A stretch of 64,000 bases of DNA from NCBI GenBank assembly GCA_000002445.1, contig CM000208.1:192001-256000 (forward strand), written 5' to 3'. The DNA comes from Trypanosoma brucei (Eukaryota). How positions within the stretch are numbered: position 1 is the first letter of the stretch; each line of letters begins with the position of its first letter. Below the pieces are notes generated by a model. That model made no database searches, had not been told where the DNA came from, and was given only the letters and a program-made list of their open reading frames with translations. Below are positions 32,264 through 42,989 of the stretch, piece by piece. The position numbers and the translations under genes are program-made.

Positions 32264-35200
32264 ATGGCCATGCGGCGGTCATCACCTTCGCCACGACCCC
32301 GCGTGAGGTCGGCGTCTGTGGCTTCCATTCCGGATACGCAACGATGTGAAGGAATTCTTTCATCCCGTTCCATTGCAGGTACGGCGCGCTCCATAGAATA
32401 TGTGGGCGACCGATGTGTATGGGCTGCAGCAGTTGATGGTCGCGTCTTAGTTTATTCGCTCTCCGATGGTGAAGTAGTTGCAGAGGCGGCCGTACGTGAA
32501 AATACCTTTTGTACAGTACTACGCCTCGTGTCAAGAAGACGCATTTGGGCTGGGTTCGCGGACGGTTTTATTTGTTGCTACGACAGTTCGACGGCGAATT
32601 TGTTGAATGAGTTTGTTCAGCATGATGGCGCAGTGAACTGCCTGGCCACAACCCCTTATAGTGAGTTTGTTTATAGTGGCGGGGAAGATTGGAAAGTGTA
32701 CCAATGGTTGAAGGAAAGTTGCACGTACGTACGGCTCTTCTCTGGTCATTCTAATGCTGTGCGATGTGTTGTTGCGCATATAGTGGAGAGTGCGTCAACC
32801 CGTTCTGTATCGGAAGGGGTGCGCTCCCTTGGTGATGACATGTACAATAACGAGGAGGACGAAGGGGGAGAGGGGTGTAATGCTCGGGTTAATGAATCAA
32901 TGGAGGAGTACATCATTTCGGGAAGCGACGACATGACCATTAAAATATGGGACCCCCGGGCACCCTTGCAGATTGAACTAAACCTAGCTTGTCTCACTAC
33001 GCTTCGTGGTCACAATGGTGGTGTCCACTCCATGGAGGTTTTCCGTCGGAAGCAGGAGCTTTGGTCCGGTGACGGTGAAGGTGCTCTGCGTGTGTGGGAC
33101 CTCCATGATGTTAGGAAGCCTTCTTGCGTTGCCGTACTGGAGGGCCAACATAGCGCATCCATCTCATCCATAGTGCGTATTGATTCCTGCATGTGGAGCA
33201 GTGGCAAGGACAGCTTCGTTGTTTTATGGGACGCGTACGAAAAGGTAGCCTTACGTCGTTTTGTTCCCGGCGGACGTGCGGCTTCTAGGCCTATCTTCGT
33301 GATGCGACGGCTTTACCGGGCAGCTCATTGGGTTATATGGCTTGGAGGGCTCGATAGGAACATTCATTCTCTCAGTTTTGCAGCGGACGGTGATATAGAT
33401 GGAAAGTTGCTTCGTTCAGAGAAGCGGTGTGCGGCTAACAAACTGCGTTACATGCGCCTACAGGAAAGAACTATGGAACTATGCACTCTCGTAGAGGAAT
33501 TGGAAGAGAAAAACAAGGCATTGGAGACTCAGGTGCAGCAGCTCAACGCACTATTACATAGATCGTTGGAGGCAAGTCAGCCCTTAGACCACGGAAGTGG
33601 CAGAAGCAGATCAGCAGGTAAGGGAGGAGTTACATTTCGCCGCCTAAAAAGTGACGCAGAAGGTGACAAGGCACCATCAAGGCTTGCCGTGGACACAACG
33701 TTGAAGCTACCGAGTGGGATTGCCTCACGGTGCTCGACAGCAGATCCGTCACCGGAAAAATCCTTTAAGAAAGATGTACGGGCGTGGGAAAAGCAGGAAA
33801 AACAGACCATAACGGGTGATATTTCGGACGGGCAAAAACTTATCGATCAGATGGAACTCATCACGTCGGCTGAGTTTACATTGCAGGACGTCAGTGGTGT
33901 TGATGGCACAAGTCGCCTTGCCTTCGAGGCGTACAAGAAAGAGGTAGAACTGAAGTTGGCTGAGGAAGAATTGTCGCGACAAGCGCTGCAGCGTGAGCTG
34001 GCGGAGGCGACAAAGTACAAGACGATGTGGGAAACGAAAAACGACGCGTTACGGGACGCCTACGAACAAATTGAAAACCTACAGCGAAATCTCGAAGGCG
34101 AGCAACGGTACGTCAACGATCTACTGCAAGAGATGGCTCAGTTATCCAACAAGAAAGTGCGTGGGGAGGGTGAGGAAGATTTACCGTGTGCAGATAATCG
34201 CACTCCTACAGAACCTAGAGACCCTAGCACTGGTTACTCACTATACAAGAGCATCCCAGGCAACTACTGGGACAACATCTGCACGAACTATCCGGACGTT
34301 CTTAGGGATACCCTTTTTTCCGAACTCAGTGAATTAGTTAGTAGTTTGGGGGCAGTCGTAACAAATATCGCTTATGCTTCAACGGGAGAATGTCTTTTGG
34401 TCGAGGCGGTTGTAGGACCTACCACAGTTGGGCGAGAGAAAATGCAGAGCTGTCTGGAGCTACATGCATTTCCTCAGACACGTACCCTTCACGAGAGTAT
34501 GTCCACCCCATTTCGTAAGGACGCTTCGGTAAAAAAATCGGAGAAGGATAATGGATGGAAGCTGTTGGTGGAAGCGAAGGAGAGGGCAGAAATGGAGCGT
34601 GATGAGGCCTTGGCAGTGCTTCAGGAGGCTACTGATGAGTTGGAAGCCATGTATGAATATCAGCGTCAAGTTGAGGAGCGCCGTGCGAAAACCCCTGGTT
34701 TATGCGACATCACCGCGTTACGAGACCAGAAAAATAGCAGTGTAACTTCCTCAACTTCTCAGGCGTGTACTAAAGTTCCCATATATGTGGCCACAGCAGA
34801 AGAATATGAAGAGGTTCTTGCAGTTATGGGTAAGTTAGAGAGGGAGCGAGATGAGGTACTTCAGCTGCTTCAAAAGAGTCAGGCCAACTCAGTTTCGACA
34901 ACGAATAAGGCTACATCAACCAGCTTCATTGATTCACAACACCGGCAGCACAGGGAAGACACTGCCGCCTCCCAAACCGTGAGTGTCAACGAATACTCCA
35001 GGGTCGTCGCCGAGAAGGAGGGAGCGGAGGCTGAATGTCGGGAAGCTCGGAGGAAACTTCAGAAGGCCCTTCACGAGTTGGAATCTCTTCAAAAGCTTCA
35101 TCTTCAAGCTGAGGAACAGCGTTCTAGAACGCGAGGGTTGGCGGGGTCCACTAGGTTACACGGTCGAAAGAGTACCAACGAATCTTTATTGGAATCACGA

Positions 35201-36772
35201 GAGGGTACTAAAGTTCCCATATATGTGGCTACAGCAGAAGAATATGAAGAGGTTCTTGCAGTTATGGGTAAGTTAGAGAGGGAGCGAGATGAGGTACTTC
35301 AGCTGCTTCAAAAGAGTCAGGCCAACTCAGTTTCGACAACGAATAAGGCTACATCAACCAGTTTCATTGATTCACAACACCGGCAGCACAGGGAAGACAC
35401 TGCCGCCTCCCAAACCGTGAGTGTCAACGAATACTCCAGGGTCGTCGCCGAGAAGGAGGGAGCGGAGGCTGAATGTCGGGAAGCTCGGAGGAAACTTCAG
35501 AAGGCCCTTCACGAGTTGGAATCTCTTCAAAAGCTTCATCTTCAAGCTGAGGAAGAGTGGCGTAAAAAATTGAACTCGTCTGGGTATTCAGAGAGCTCAT
35601 GGAGAGGTGGGAAGAAGCCCCTCTTGTCCTTCTATCCTGATGGTGACCCAACACTGCGTGGGTTGGGCAGTGGAGAGCATGTGAAAACCGATGATACGGA
35701 CGCACTGTTGTCGGGTGAGGAGGTTGCAGACCACAGGTTGCGGGGGGGGAGGCGAAATCCCAGTAAAGGTTCCACCACATTCGGAAGCAGCGACCGCACT
35801 GCAAGTGCAGATCAACGCCGCAGCAGGCTGTTGCCCACGGCATCGGATATCGACATCGCTACAGGGCACGTCACTCCTGGTTTAGGGAGTTATTTTCACA
35901 ATCTCGCTGCGAAGGAAGAATATGCTAGTGCTGCCACACAGAATCTGACGCGTCCTGTTGATGTCGGCGCACTAGATTTGAAAACAAGCAAGTTTTCACG
36001 TTACCGATGCATGCTTGGAGAAATGTGGGGTCCGCTGGTAAAACGGTATAGAGCGTTGGTGGAAGACGTCTTTCTCATGGAGGTTTTCCGCGCTACGTCA
36101 ATACCACCTAACTACGTTAAGGGTTTGGAGTTTGGCCGTGGTGGATTGTTCGTAGAGGTTGACATCTATGACGTTCACTCCTGCGAAAATGTTAACCTTT
36201 GCCTGCAGCGCCACAAGTTTAGTGTGTTGGATAAGTTGATTCGTCTCAGTCAAAGCTGCAGTGCAACTGCACATGACCCACATCAATTAGGTGAAGAAAC
36301 GTCGGCCTCACAGCGGGGTCCTGGCTGCGTTGCAGAGAGGAACCTAGGTTTAAATGGCGAAAGTCGCAAATTTTTTCAGCAAACGTCACATTGCATTGAC
36401 GAAGCACAGGCGAAGGAACTTGACGCATTCCGCTGCCGGCGGGCTTTCGCCAACAGTTTACGTCGAGGAGAGGAAACGTTGCGTTCGTTACTTATATCGC
36501 AATCGGAAATCGACCCGAAGGTACCCGTGGATTCGTTAGCATTGCAGCGGGAACCAATTTACTGTGTGACCCTTGACGAGTATCGCTGTGTTTTGAGGCA
36601 ACTTGGTGCTGCAAGTCGACGTGTCACTCAACGCCAACGCGACATCAGCGGTGATGAGCAAACGCGGCTGTGGAACGAACATGTGGTGAAGCAAGCAGAG
36701 AAGGAGCGCCGGTTCGCGCGGAGATTGAGCCATCCCTATCCGCAGTTTGCAAAGGGTAGTCACACTGAATGA
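32264..36772 (+). CDS. WD40-repeat N-terminal domain plus coiled-coil protein (1502 aa), paralog of the preceding gene
   Basis: The N-terminal WD domain has the same order of motifs as the 25408 gene (YSGGEDWKVYQW vs FTGGRDWQIYQW; SGSDDMTIKIWDP vs SGSDDGTVRAWDP). It is followed by a coiled coil with an internal near-perfect ~345-nt duplication. Confidence 0.7.
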   Translation: MAMRRSSPSPRPRVRSASVASIPDTQRCEGILSSRSIAGTARSIEYVGDRCVWAAAVDGRVLVYSLSDGEVVAEAAVRENTFCTVLRLVSRRRIWAGFADGFICCYDSSTANLLNEFVQHDGAVNCLATTPYSEFVYSGGEDWKVYQWLKESCTYVRLFSGHSNAVRCVVAHIVESASTRSVSEGVRSLGDDMYNNEEDEGGEGCNARVNESMEEYIISGSDDMTIKIWDPRAPLQIELNLACLTTLRGHNGGVHSMEVFRRKQELWSGDGEGALRVWDLHDVRKPSCVAVLEGQHSASISSIVRIDSCMWSSGKDSFVVLWDAYEKVALRRFVPGGRAASRPIFVMRRLYRAAHWVIWLGGLDRNIHSLSFAADGDIDGKLLRSEKRCAANKLRYMRLQERTMELCTLVEELEEKNKALETQVQQLNALLHRSLEASQPLDHGSGRSRSAGKGGVTFRRLKSDAEGDKAPSRLAVDTTLKLPSGIASRCSTADPSPEKSFKKDVRAWEKQEKQTITGDISDGQKLIDQMELITSAEFTLQDVSGVDGTSRLAFEAYKKEVELKLAEEELSRQALQRELAEATKYKTMWETKNDALRDAYEQIENLQRNLEGEQRYVNDLLQEMAQLSNKKVRGEGEEDLPCADNRTPTEPRDPSTGYSLYKSIPGNYWDNICTNYPDVLRDTLFSELSELVSSLGAVVTNIAYASTGECLLVEAVVGPTTVGREKMQSCLELHAFPQTRTLHESMSTPFRKDASVKKSEKDNGWKLLVEAKERAEMERDEALAVLQEATDELEAMYEYQRQVEERRAKTPGLCDITALRDQKNSSVTSSTSQACTKVPIYVATAEEYEEVLAVMGKLERERDEVLQLLQKSQANSVSTTNKATSTSFIDSQHRQHREDTAASQTVSVNEYSRVVAEKEGAEAECREARRKLQKALHELESLQKLHLQAEEQRSRTRGLAGSTRLHGRKSTNESLLESREGTKVPIYVATAEEYEEVLAVMGKLERERDEVLQLLQKSQANSVSTTNKATSTSFIDSQHRQHREDTAASQTVSVNEYSRVVAEKEGAEAECREARRKLQKALHELESLQKLHLQAEEEWRKKLNSSGYSESSWRGGKKPLLSFYPDGDPTLRGLGSGEHVKTDDTDALLSGEEVADHRLRGGRRNPSKGSTTFGSSDRTASADQRRSRLLPTASDIDIATGHVTPGLGSYFHNLAAKEEYASAATQNLTRPVDVGALDLKTSKFSRYRCMLGEMWGPLVKRYRALVEDVFLMEVFRATSIPPNYVKGLEFGRGGLFVEVDIYDVHSCENVNLCLQRHKFSVLDKLIRLSQSCSATAHDPHQLGEETSASQRGPGCVAERNLGLNGESRKFFQQTSHCIDEAQAKELDAFRCRRAFANSLRRGEETLRSLLISQSEIDPKVPVDSLALQREPIYCVTLDEYRCVLRQLGAASRRVTQRQRDISGDEQTRLWNEHVVKQAEKERRFARRLSHPYPQFAKGSHTE
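34770..35552 (+). repeat. Near-perfect ~345-nt duplication (34770-35115 and 35207-35552) within the second WD40 coiled-coil gene
   Basis: GTKVPIYVATAEEYEEVLAVMGKLERERDEVLQLLQKSQANSVSTTNKATSTSFIDSQHRQHREDTAASQTVSVNEYSRVVAEKEGAEAECREARRKLQKALHELESLQKLHLQAEE is repeated. Confidence 0.9.
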
Positions 36773-37007
36773 GACGTCCTACTTATGCGGCGGAAGAGAA
36801 GAAAGGAAAGTTACCTCGCGTGGGGGGAGAGGGAAATCTTAGTGAGGAAACTAAGGTGTTCAACATAGTACCAGGTGTTTTCAATACCCGCTAAATACGG
36901 TGAGCCATCACGACCTGGAAAGTGGGAGAAAACTGCATTTCTTCGTTTGATGTCGTTCACGCCTTAAGTGGTTCCCCTGTTGCCACGTGTCAATGTTTAC
37001 CTCCCAA

Positions 37008-37047
<40 letters not shown>

Positions 37048-37802
37048 CGTATCTTATCTTTTTTTGTTTTCAAACTGTTACAACAGCCTTCTATTCATGG
37101 CATCGCGATATCATTGTTGTTACTACTATTGCATCAAATGTCGGTAGCGTCGGTTTGGATAACTCTGTGTTACCAACTCACTCGAGTCCCTCGCAGTGCA
37201 CCTCTTGTTTTTGTGGAGGACACCAGTGGGGGGGGGGGTGAAATTGAGAGACGAAAAATGCACTCTCCATTTGCTGCCCTCTCCGCCTCCAACTGCCGCC
37301 GATGTTTCTGCGTGGTGCGTGGAAAAGAGAGGGGATTAGCGAGAAGGTGGGGAGGGGAACGGGGAAATAACGAACGGTCAACGATCACTTGTAAAAAGGA
37401 AAAGAAAACGATTGCTTCCGGGCGTGTGTCCGTGTGTGGGAGAGAGAAGGGGAAGGCGAAGCAAAGGAAGTTATTTTCCCCTGTTAGATAACGATCTGGG
37501 AGAAGTGTCTGCATACTCCTTTCTTCCACTATTCCCACTCACTCCGTTCGTTTTGTGTGCGTACTTTTTGGTGGTGATTAGCTAGCGCGTAAATCAAAAG
37601 CTTGAACTTGCGTGTAACACTACTTTTTACACCTCACCCTACTCAGTACAGTTATAATCGTTTATTTATTGTCTTCTTTTTTTAAAAAAAATATTATTAT
37701 TTTAACTTTCCTTTGAACACCCACATTTTATGTCGTTCTGTAGTGGTATTCGCGGTTGTCCAGCAGCGAACGGAAAGAGGAGAGGCAAAGAAAAGGGTGC
37801 TT

Positions 37803-40800
37803 ATGAGCGAGCCCAGGGAAGTGGGCTACCGGCACATTTTAAGATCGGCATCGGCCACCAGCAAAGTGAACGCCAAGAACCGGAGCCCAACCGTAACAAA
37901 GAGTCCCAGCACACCTACCGACAGCCGTGGCGTTAGCGCGGCACGTATGCGTTCCTTCTCAGGATCTAGTGTCGCGAGAGCAAACCCTCGGATCCCACAA
38001 AAAGATGACAGTTCGCGGGAGGAGGTGAGGGCTCTTCGCCTGCTGCTCCGCGAGAGGGAAGAGCAGGTGGAACTACTTCATGCGCTCTTGAGTGAAAAAC
38101 AGTTGTTATTAAATCATAACAAAGCGGCCGAGGAGCGCCTCCGGCAATGTGATGAGCAACTTGGGACTCTTGCGGCCGTGCTCGGACTTGAAATGGAGTC
38201 GCAGGAAAAGGACAATTTGCCCCATACCACGAGGCAGGCGAAAGGGAGTGAACTGGGCACTGTGAAAAAAATGCCGAGCGTTCGTTGCATCTTAGACCGT
38301 GTTCAACAGCTAGTGTACGACAAAACGCACCTGGAAAGCGAACTTGATGTGAAACTCCAGGAACTGGAGTGGGCTCAGACAGAGTTAGAAATGCTGCGTG
38401 GAGGCACCCTTTCACAAAAAGTGTCACTGAAGAACGACGCGGGAAAGTGTGGTTCTTTGGCACAAGAGTTGGAATCACAACTTCGTGTTAACGCTGAACT
38501 TGAAAGAACGCTGGCCGATCTGAAGGAAAAATATATTATGTCGGAGAGGATACTGGAGACTTTGGAGAAGGACCACCATCAGGTAAGTCAGGTGCTACAC
38601 GGAAAGGAAAAGGAAGTTCTGGAATTACAACGTAAGGAACGAAGCGTCGCTGCGGAGTCTAGTAAAAGGCGTGAGTACGAAATCTACCACATGCAGTGGA
38701 AAGAACCGAATAATCTCATCACAACGCATCACCGCTGTCATTTTCGTGGAGATAGCTGGGTAGGCTTGTTACGGGAGAAACCACAGGCAATGCAGGCTGC
38801 TCTTTTGAAGGATATCTCGCTGGAACTCCGTGCCCCGTACGGCTTCATAACCATTGCAACCATGGAATCGGTGTCGGAGCTCGTTGTTTTCGATGTTATC
38901 ATTCGTCATCCCGTTTCACTATCTGAAGATGATGTGGAGTTACGGCTTATTGGATGCTCCTTCGATGAGATGTCACTTCTTCTGAAACAAGCGGAGAATC
39001 CGAAGGAAGGTCATGACCTTGTCCTCCACCAGTTGAAGCTCCTGCAAGGGACTATTGTAAGGAAAGAAGAAGAGATAGCCGCGCTGACAAAGCAATTACG
39101 AACAACTAAATTGTCCCTCGAGGAGAGACAACGGCAGTACGATGAAGAGAGTAAGCTGGTTCATATGGCGCTAGACGAAACGGAGGAGACTGTTAAGGTA
39201 ACGTACAGCGAACTGAAGATGCGTGAGTTGAGGGAAGAAGAGCTGAAACTGCAACTTCAGCAGTGCTCAGAAACAATTTTATCGCGGGACCAACGAATTA
39301 TGGAACTTACAGCGCAGCTGCGTGAGCTTAATAGTACTGTGGCAGAGGAAAGTGAAGAAAATGCAAGGATACGCGATGCTACATGCTCCAACGGCCCCGG
39401 AGACAAACACGATGGAAGATCCGCAGAGGGGAGGAAAAAATGTGTTGAAAATGAAAGCGATGGCCTCTGCGATACTCTAGTGAAGATACCTTCCGTAAAA
39501 ATGCACGTTGTCGAGGCGTCATGGAAAGGATTGGATCCCCTGGCATCGACTGAGGCAGTTATGACGCTTGACTCAAGGGCCCAAAGCATTGTGCGCACTA
39601 TTCTTATCGGTGAGATGGCGACTGTTGCTCACGTCCTTCCCTTGAAAGTTCTTTCACTTCAGTGCACTTGTTGCTCGTTGCGCGCGGAGGTACAAGTACA
39701 CATCAGTTCTCAAGTTGAAGACGCAGACCGTTCAACCGAGGGTCTTGATAAATTCCGCCCAAGAACTACCATCGCTTTCCTGGAGGAGTGGTTCAACATG
39801 CGGGAGCTCATTGAAAGTCGGGGACGGAGGGTGCAATCACTCGCAGATGAGCTCACCAGTTTAAACTTGTCAGTTGCCGCATTTAAAGAAAGCGGTAAGA
39901 AAAATGAAGAGGTAGAAAAGGCAGCTACGACTGGAACCCCTTCATGTGCGGGAGAAACCTCGCAGGGTGATGAAGAGAAAAGGGAAGAAAAAAGGCTGTG
40001 TGAATCACTCGACCAACAACTACGACTGGAGCGTACCCAAGTTCGCACACTACAAGCGGAGAAGCGAGCGAAGGAACTTGCGCTACAACGGGCAAACGAT
40101 AAGTTAAACGAAGTTACTGCTGCATTTGAGGCGTTGCAGTCAAATTTCGCTGGGAGAGATCACCGCCCCACTCGTGACGAAGATGCAAATGCCTGTCGTC
40201 TCGCAGACGTTCAGGCAAAAAGGCGCCACGGGAGGAACCAAAAGGACAACAATATGAAGGGCGTGTGTGACGCAGAGTTGGCGGGAGGAAATGAGTCGTT
40301 GAGGGCAGAAAGGGGGGACGTTTGGTCTGCTCTCGCTGACGCTTATGAGGAGTACGATACCTTATACGAAAGGTACGAAAATGCAATGAAGCAACTTCAG
40401 GACCTGGAGAGCTCGCTCCGGGAAAAACTGTTACTGACGAAGCGGTCTCACGTGTACGAGAAACAAGTCGAGGAGTTGACCCAACAGAAGGAAGCACTCA
40501 TAGCAGAGCAGGAGAAGCAACGCGAGAAGGAGGCTCTATTGCGGGAAACTGTTACTTCACATCAGCGCGATATTGACCGACTACAGAAGGAACTTGATCG
40601 TAAGACAGAGTGGGCAGAGGAGGTTATGCGTCGTCTTGTAGAAGAGGAGGATGAATGCTCCAGATTGGAAGGAGCTGTCAGATCCCTTAAGCAACACTCC
40701 ACGGCGGAGGTAGCGACAAAGGAAAAGGTCGTATCGAATGATTTGAAAACTAAAGACATCCAGCGGGTGCTTTACACCTTTTGTACCACTACCTTGGGAA

Positions 40801-41858
40801 TTGACGTACCAGAGCAAGAGCAGTCCGTGGATGGTGTTCTGGCACTTATTGCTCGCGCCTACGCGAACAAAGCCAGTGGTGCCAGCATGCAAGTGGCGTT
40901 TGCCGATAGGGAAGAGGTGTCAACCGCAATTCAGTCGCTCAATACAGCAGTGCAACTGCTCCAACAGTCTTTACCAACAGTAAGGCGCAGAGCATGCTCC
41001 GATGTAAGAAGTAGAGGACGCGCTGCTGTCGATAACTCACCGCGTAGCTCCCCAACTGGTGTAAGGAAAGTGCCTTCGAGGGGGCGGCCCATGACATTCA
41101 GTGGTAGGGGTGCAACAACATCGCCACCAGTGCGGGCACCACAGATATCTGGAAGGAGGTTGTTGGGGCAAGCAACGCCAATGAGGTCAGCACCAACCAA
41201 CACACCGAAGAGACACAAAACACCACAGCAAGAAAAGGTCAATACCGTAGGTCCTTGTCATCCATTGATATCGAGTGCCACGCGCGTCGTGCAACTTGTG
41301 CAGCAACTGACCGGAACTCCCGTACAGCCGAAGGTAAAGCCTACCAAAACGGCAACCAAACCACTTTCGAATACAGCAGGGGAGGAACTTGCTGAAGAGT
41401 TTGTACGTTGGAGCCGTGAACAAACAATTTCTCTTGCGCTGATTGTTAAGGACTACCTCCACGACGCACTGAGGGCAATGAGTCAAGTAGCGTTAGCTCA
41501 TGATGCAGTAACCACAACATATCAAGGACTACCGGTGGATCACACGCTCAATCTGAACACGGCAAAGAGCTGTGTAACACACGCACTGAAAAGCATCGTG
41601 CAGACCATATCTTCCCTACTCTCACATCGGGAAATAAGTGAGATTGAGGGAAAATTCGGAAAAGATTACCTTTCTATGACTCCTGCGCCACGTGGCAAGA
41701 CAACCAAACAAGAGGATCCGCGCCGTCAGTGTTCTGCTCCCGCCTTGGGTCTCGCCCCGCGTCCCGCTAATATAACGTTGTCATCTGGTGATCATTGCCG
41801 AAGTGTGTCACGGGATGTTGACGGGCTTTCGGTGCGCCCGCAACGAGAGGCCCTCTAA
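37803..41858 (+). CDS. Large coiled-coil protein (about 1351 aa) with a basic Ser/Pro/Arg-rich C-terminal region
   Basis: Continuous ORF with trypanosome-like codon usage. Heptad-rich segments run through most of its length. Around 40980-41350 there is a basic, S/T/P/R-rich low-complexity stretch (SRGRAAVDNSPRSSPTGVRKVPSRGRP...). The first ATG is at 37803; the ORF-track start is TTG. Confidence 0.6.
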   Translation: MSEPREVGYRHILRSASATSKVNAKNRSPTVTKSPSTPTDSRGVSAARMRSFSGSSVARANPRIPQKDDSSREEVRALRLLLREREEQVELLHALLSEKQLLLNHNKAAEERLRQCDEQLGTLAAVLGLEMESQEKDNLPHTTRQAKGSELGTVKKMPSVRCILDRVQQLVYDKTHLESELDVKLQELEWAQTELEMLRGGTLSQKVSLKNDAGKCGSLAQELESQLRVNAELERTLADLKEKYIMSERILETLEKDHHQVSQVLHGKEKEVLELQRKERSVAAESSKRREYEIYHMQWKEPNNLITTHHRCHFRGDSWVGLLREKPQAMQAALLKDISLELRAPYGFITIATMESVSELVVFDVIIRHPVSLSEDDVELRLIGCSFDEMSLLLKQAENPKEGHDLVLHQLKLLQGTIVRKEEEIAALTKQLRTTKLSLEERQRQYDEESKLVHMALDETEETVKVTYSELKMRELREEELKLQLQQCSETILSRDQRIMELTAQLRELNSTVAEESEENARIRDATCSNGPGDKHDGRSAEGRKKCVENESDGLCDTLVKIPSVKMHVVEASWKGLDPLASTEAVMTLDSRAQSIVRTILIGEMATVAHVLPLKVLSLQCTCCSLRAEVQVHISSQVEDADRSTEGLDKFRPRTTIAFLEEWFNMRELIESRGRRVQSLADELTSLNLSVAAFKESGKKNEEVEKAATTGTPSCAGETSQGDEEKREEKRLCESLDQQLRLERTQVRTLQAEKRAKELALQRANDKLNEVTAAFEALQSNFAGRDHRPTRDEDANACRLADVQAKRRHGRNQKDNNMKGVCDAELAGGNESLRAERGDVWSALADAYEEYDTLYERYENAMKQLQDLESSLREKLLLTKRSHVYEKQVEELTQQKEALIAEQEKQREKEALLRETVTSHQRDIDRLQKELDRKTEWAEEVMRRLVEEEDECSRLEGAVRSLKQHSTAEVATKEKVVSNDLKTKDIQRVLYTFCTTTLGIDVPEQEQSVDGVLALIARAYANKASGASMQVAFADREEVSTAIQSLNTAVQLLQQSLPTVRRRACSDVRSRGRAAVDNSPRSSPTGVRKVPSRGRPMTFSGRGATTSPPVRAPQISGRRLLGQATPMRSAPTNTPKRHKTPQQEKVNTVGPCHPLISSATRVVQLVQQLTGTPVQPKVKPTKTATKPLSNTAGEELAEEFVRWSREQTISLALIVKDYLHDALRAMSQVALAHDAVTTTYQGLPVDHTLNLNTAKSCVTHALKSIVQTISSLLSHREISEIEGKFGKDYLSMTPAPRGKTTKQEDPRRQCSAPALGLAPRPANITLSSGDHCRSVSRDVDGLSVRPQREAL

Positions 41859-42989
41859 CCTAATTGGGTATACCCGAGAGCAAACGTGTAGGCTCGTCAA
41901 ACATTAGCGACGGTTCTGTCACCGAGCTAACCGTCGATACACCACCTGTACACCACGTATATGCTTGCGTGTCCTATTACAACAAATAACTTAAATGCCA
42001 AAAAAAAAAAAAGTATTTAAGGTGCCACACACTCTGCGATTGTACCTTCTCCAGCAGTGTGCCGAGCCTACCTTTAGCACTGTACCTTCTTGATTTGTTG
42101 TTACTTTTGACTACTGTGTTGATGAATAAGCTGAGGCACGCTCAAAGTGTAAAATAATAGTTTCATCTGAAGGGTCACCTTTTTACTGTACATTCTTTCT
42201 TTCCTTTTTTTTAAAAAAAGAAGGGGTTCACAACGTTCAGCGCACACCTGTTCATAACGCCCACGAATGAATAACTTCCCCGAATGGGAATAGTAAAAGA
42301 GAGAAGAAGATATGGCATGACACTACGGAAAACAGCACCACGTTTTTTTTTTGCTTTTCGCTTTGTATTGCTTTCGTGTGTAACTTATGGGTCATTTGTC
42401 TACACCTTTGTTTACCTCTCAACTGTATAAATATAACATAAATATGCGATTGCCTGTATTTATTTGTTCATGTACACTTCACGGAAGAGTTCTTTGTGCT
42501 TTGTAGCTAACTGAGAAGCTCATCCTTTCTCTTGTACCTTAAACTTACTCCCTATAAATGTTGGTCAATTTCTGCCGTTTTGTACTGTGATGGCTGCTTG
42601 CACGTGGATTTTTTTTTTGTGTTTCCACTTTGTGTACGTGACCGGCGTTACGAAAGCATTGTGTATCCTTGCTGTTGGGCGGTATTTTGCCTCTCACTTT
42701 GTACCAATGAAGGGCTATCCACTTGCCTGTAAAAGTTTTTTCTTGTTCTTATTACGGTGAGTCAACATGTCTGTACCTTGACAACTCTGTCCCCTTCGCT
42801 GCGATCTAGCTCCTTTTTTTTTAATTTTGTGACATTATTAAGTGCAATACATTTAGACTGTGATACGACAAACATAAACGCATCACTGTAGTCACAAGTA
42901 ACCGTTACGGCGCACGTCTTTGAGTAATTGATCCGCACGACAGAAGGCGGCACATACCGACAGGAATCACCAACATCTCAACATTGCAA

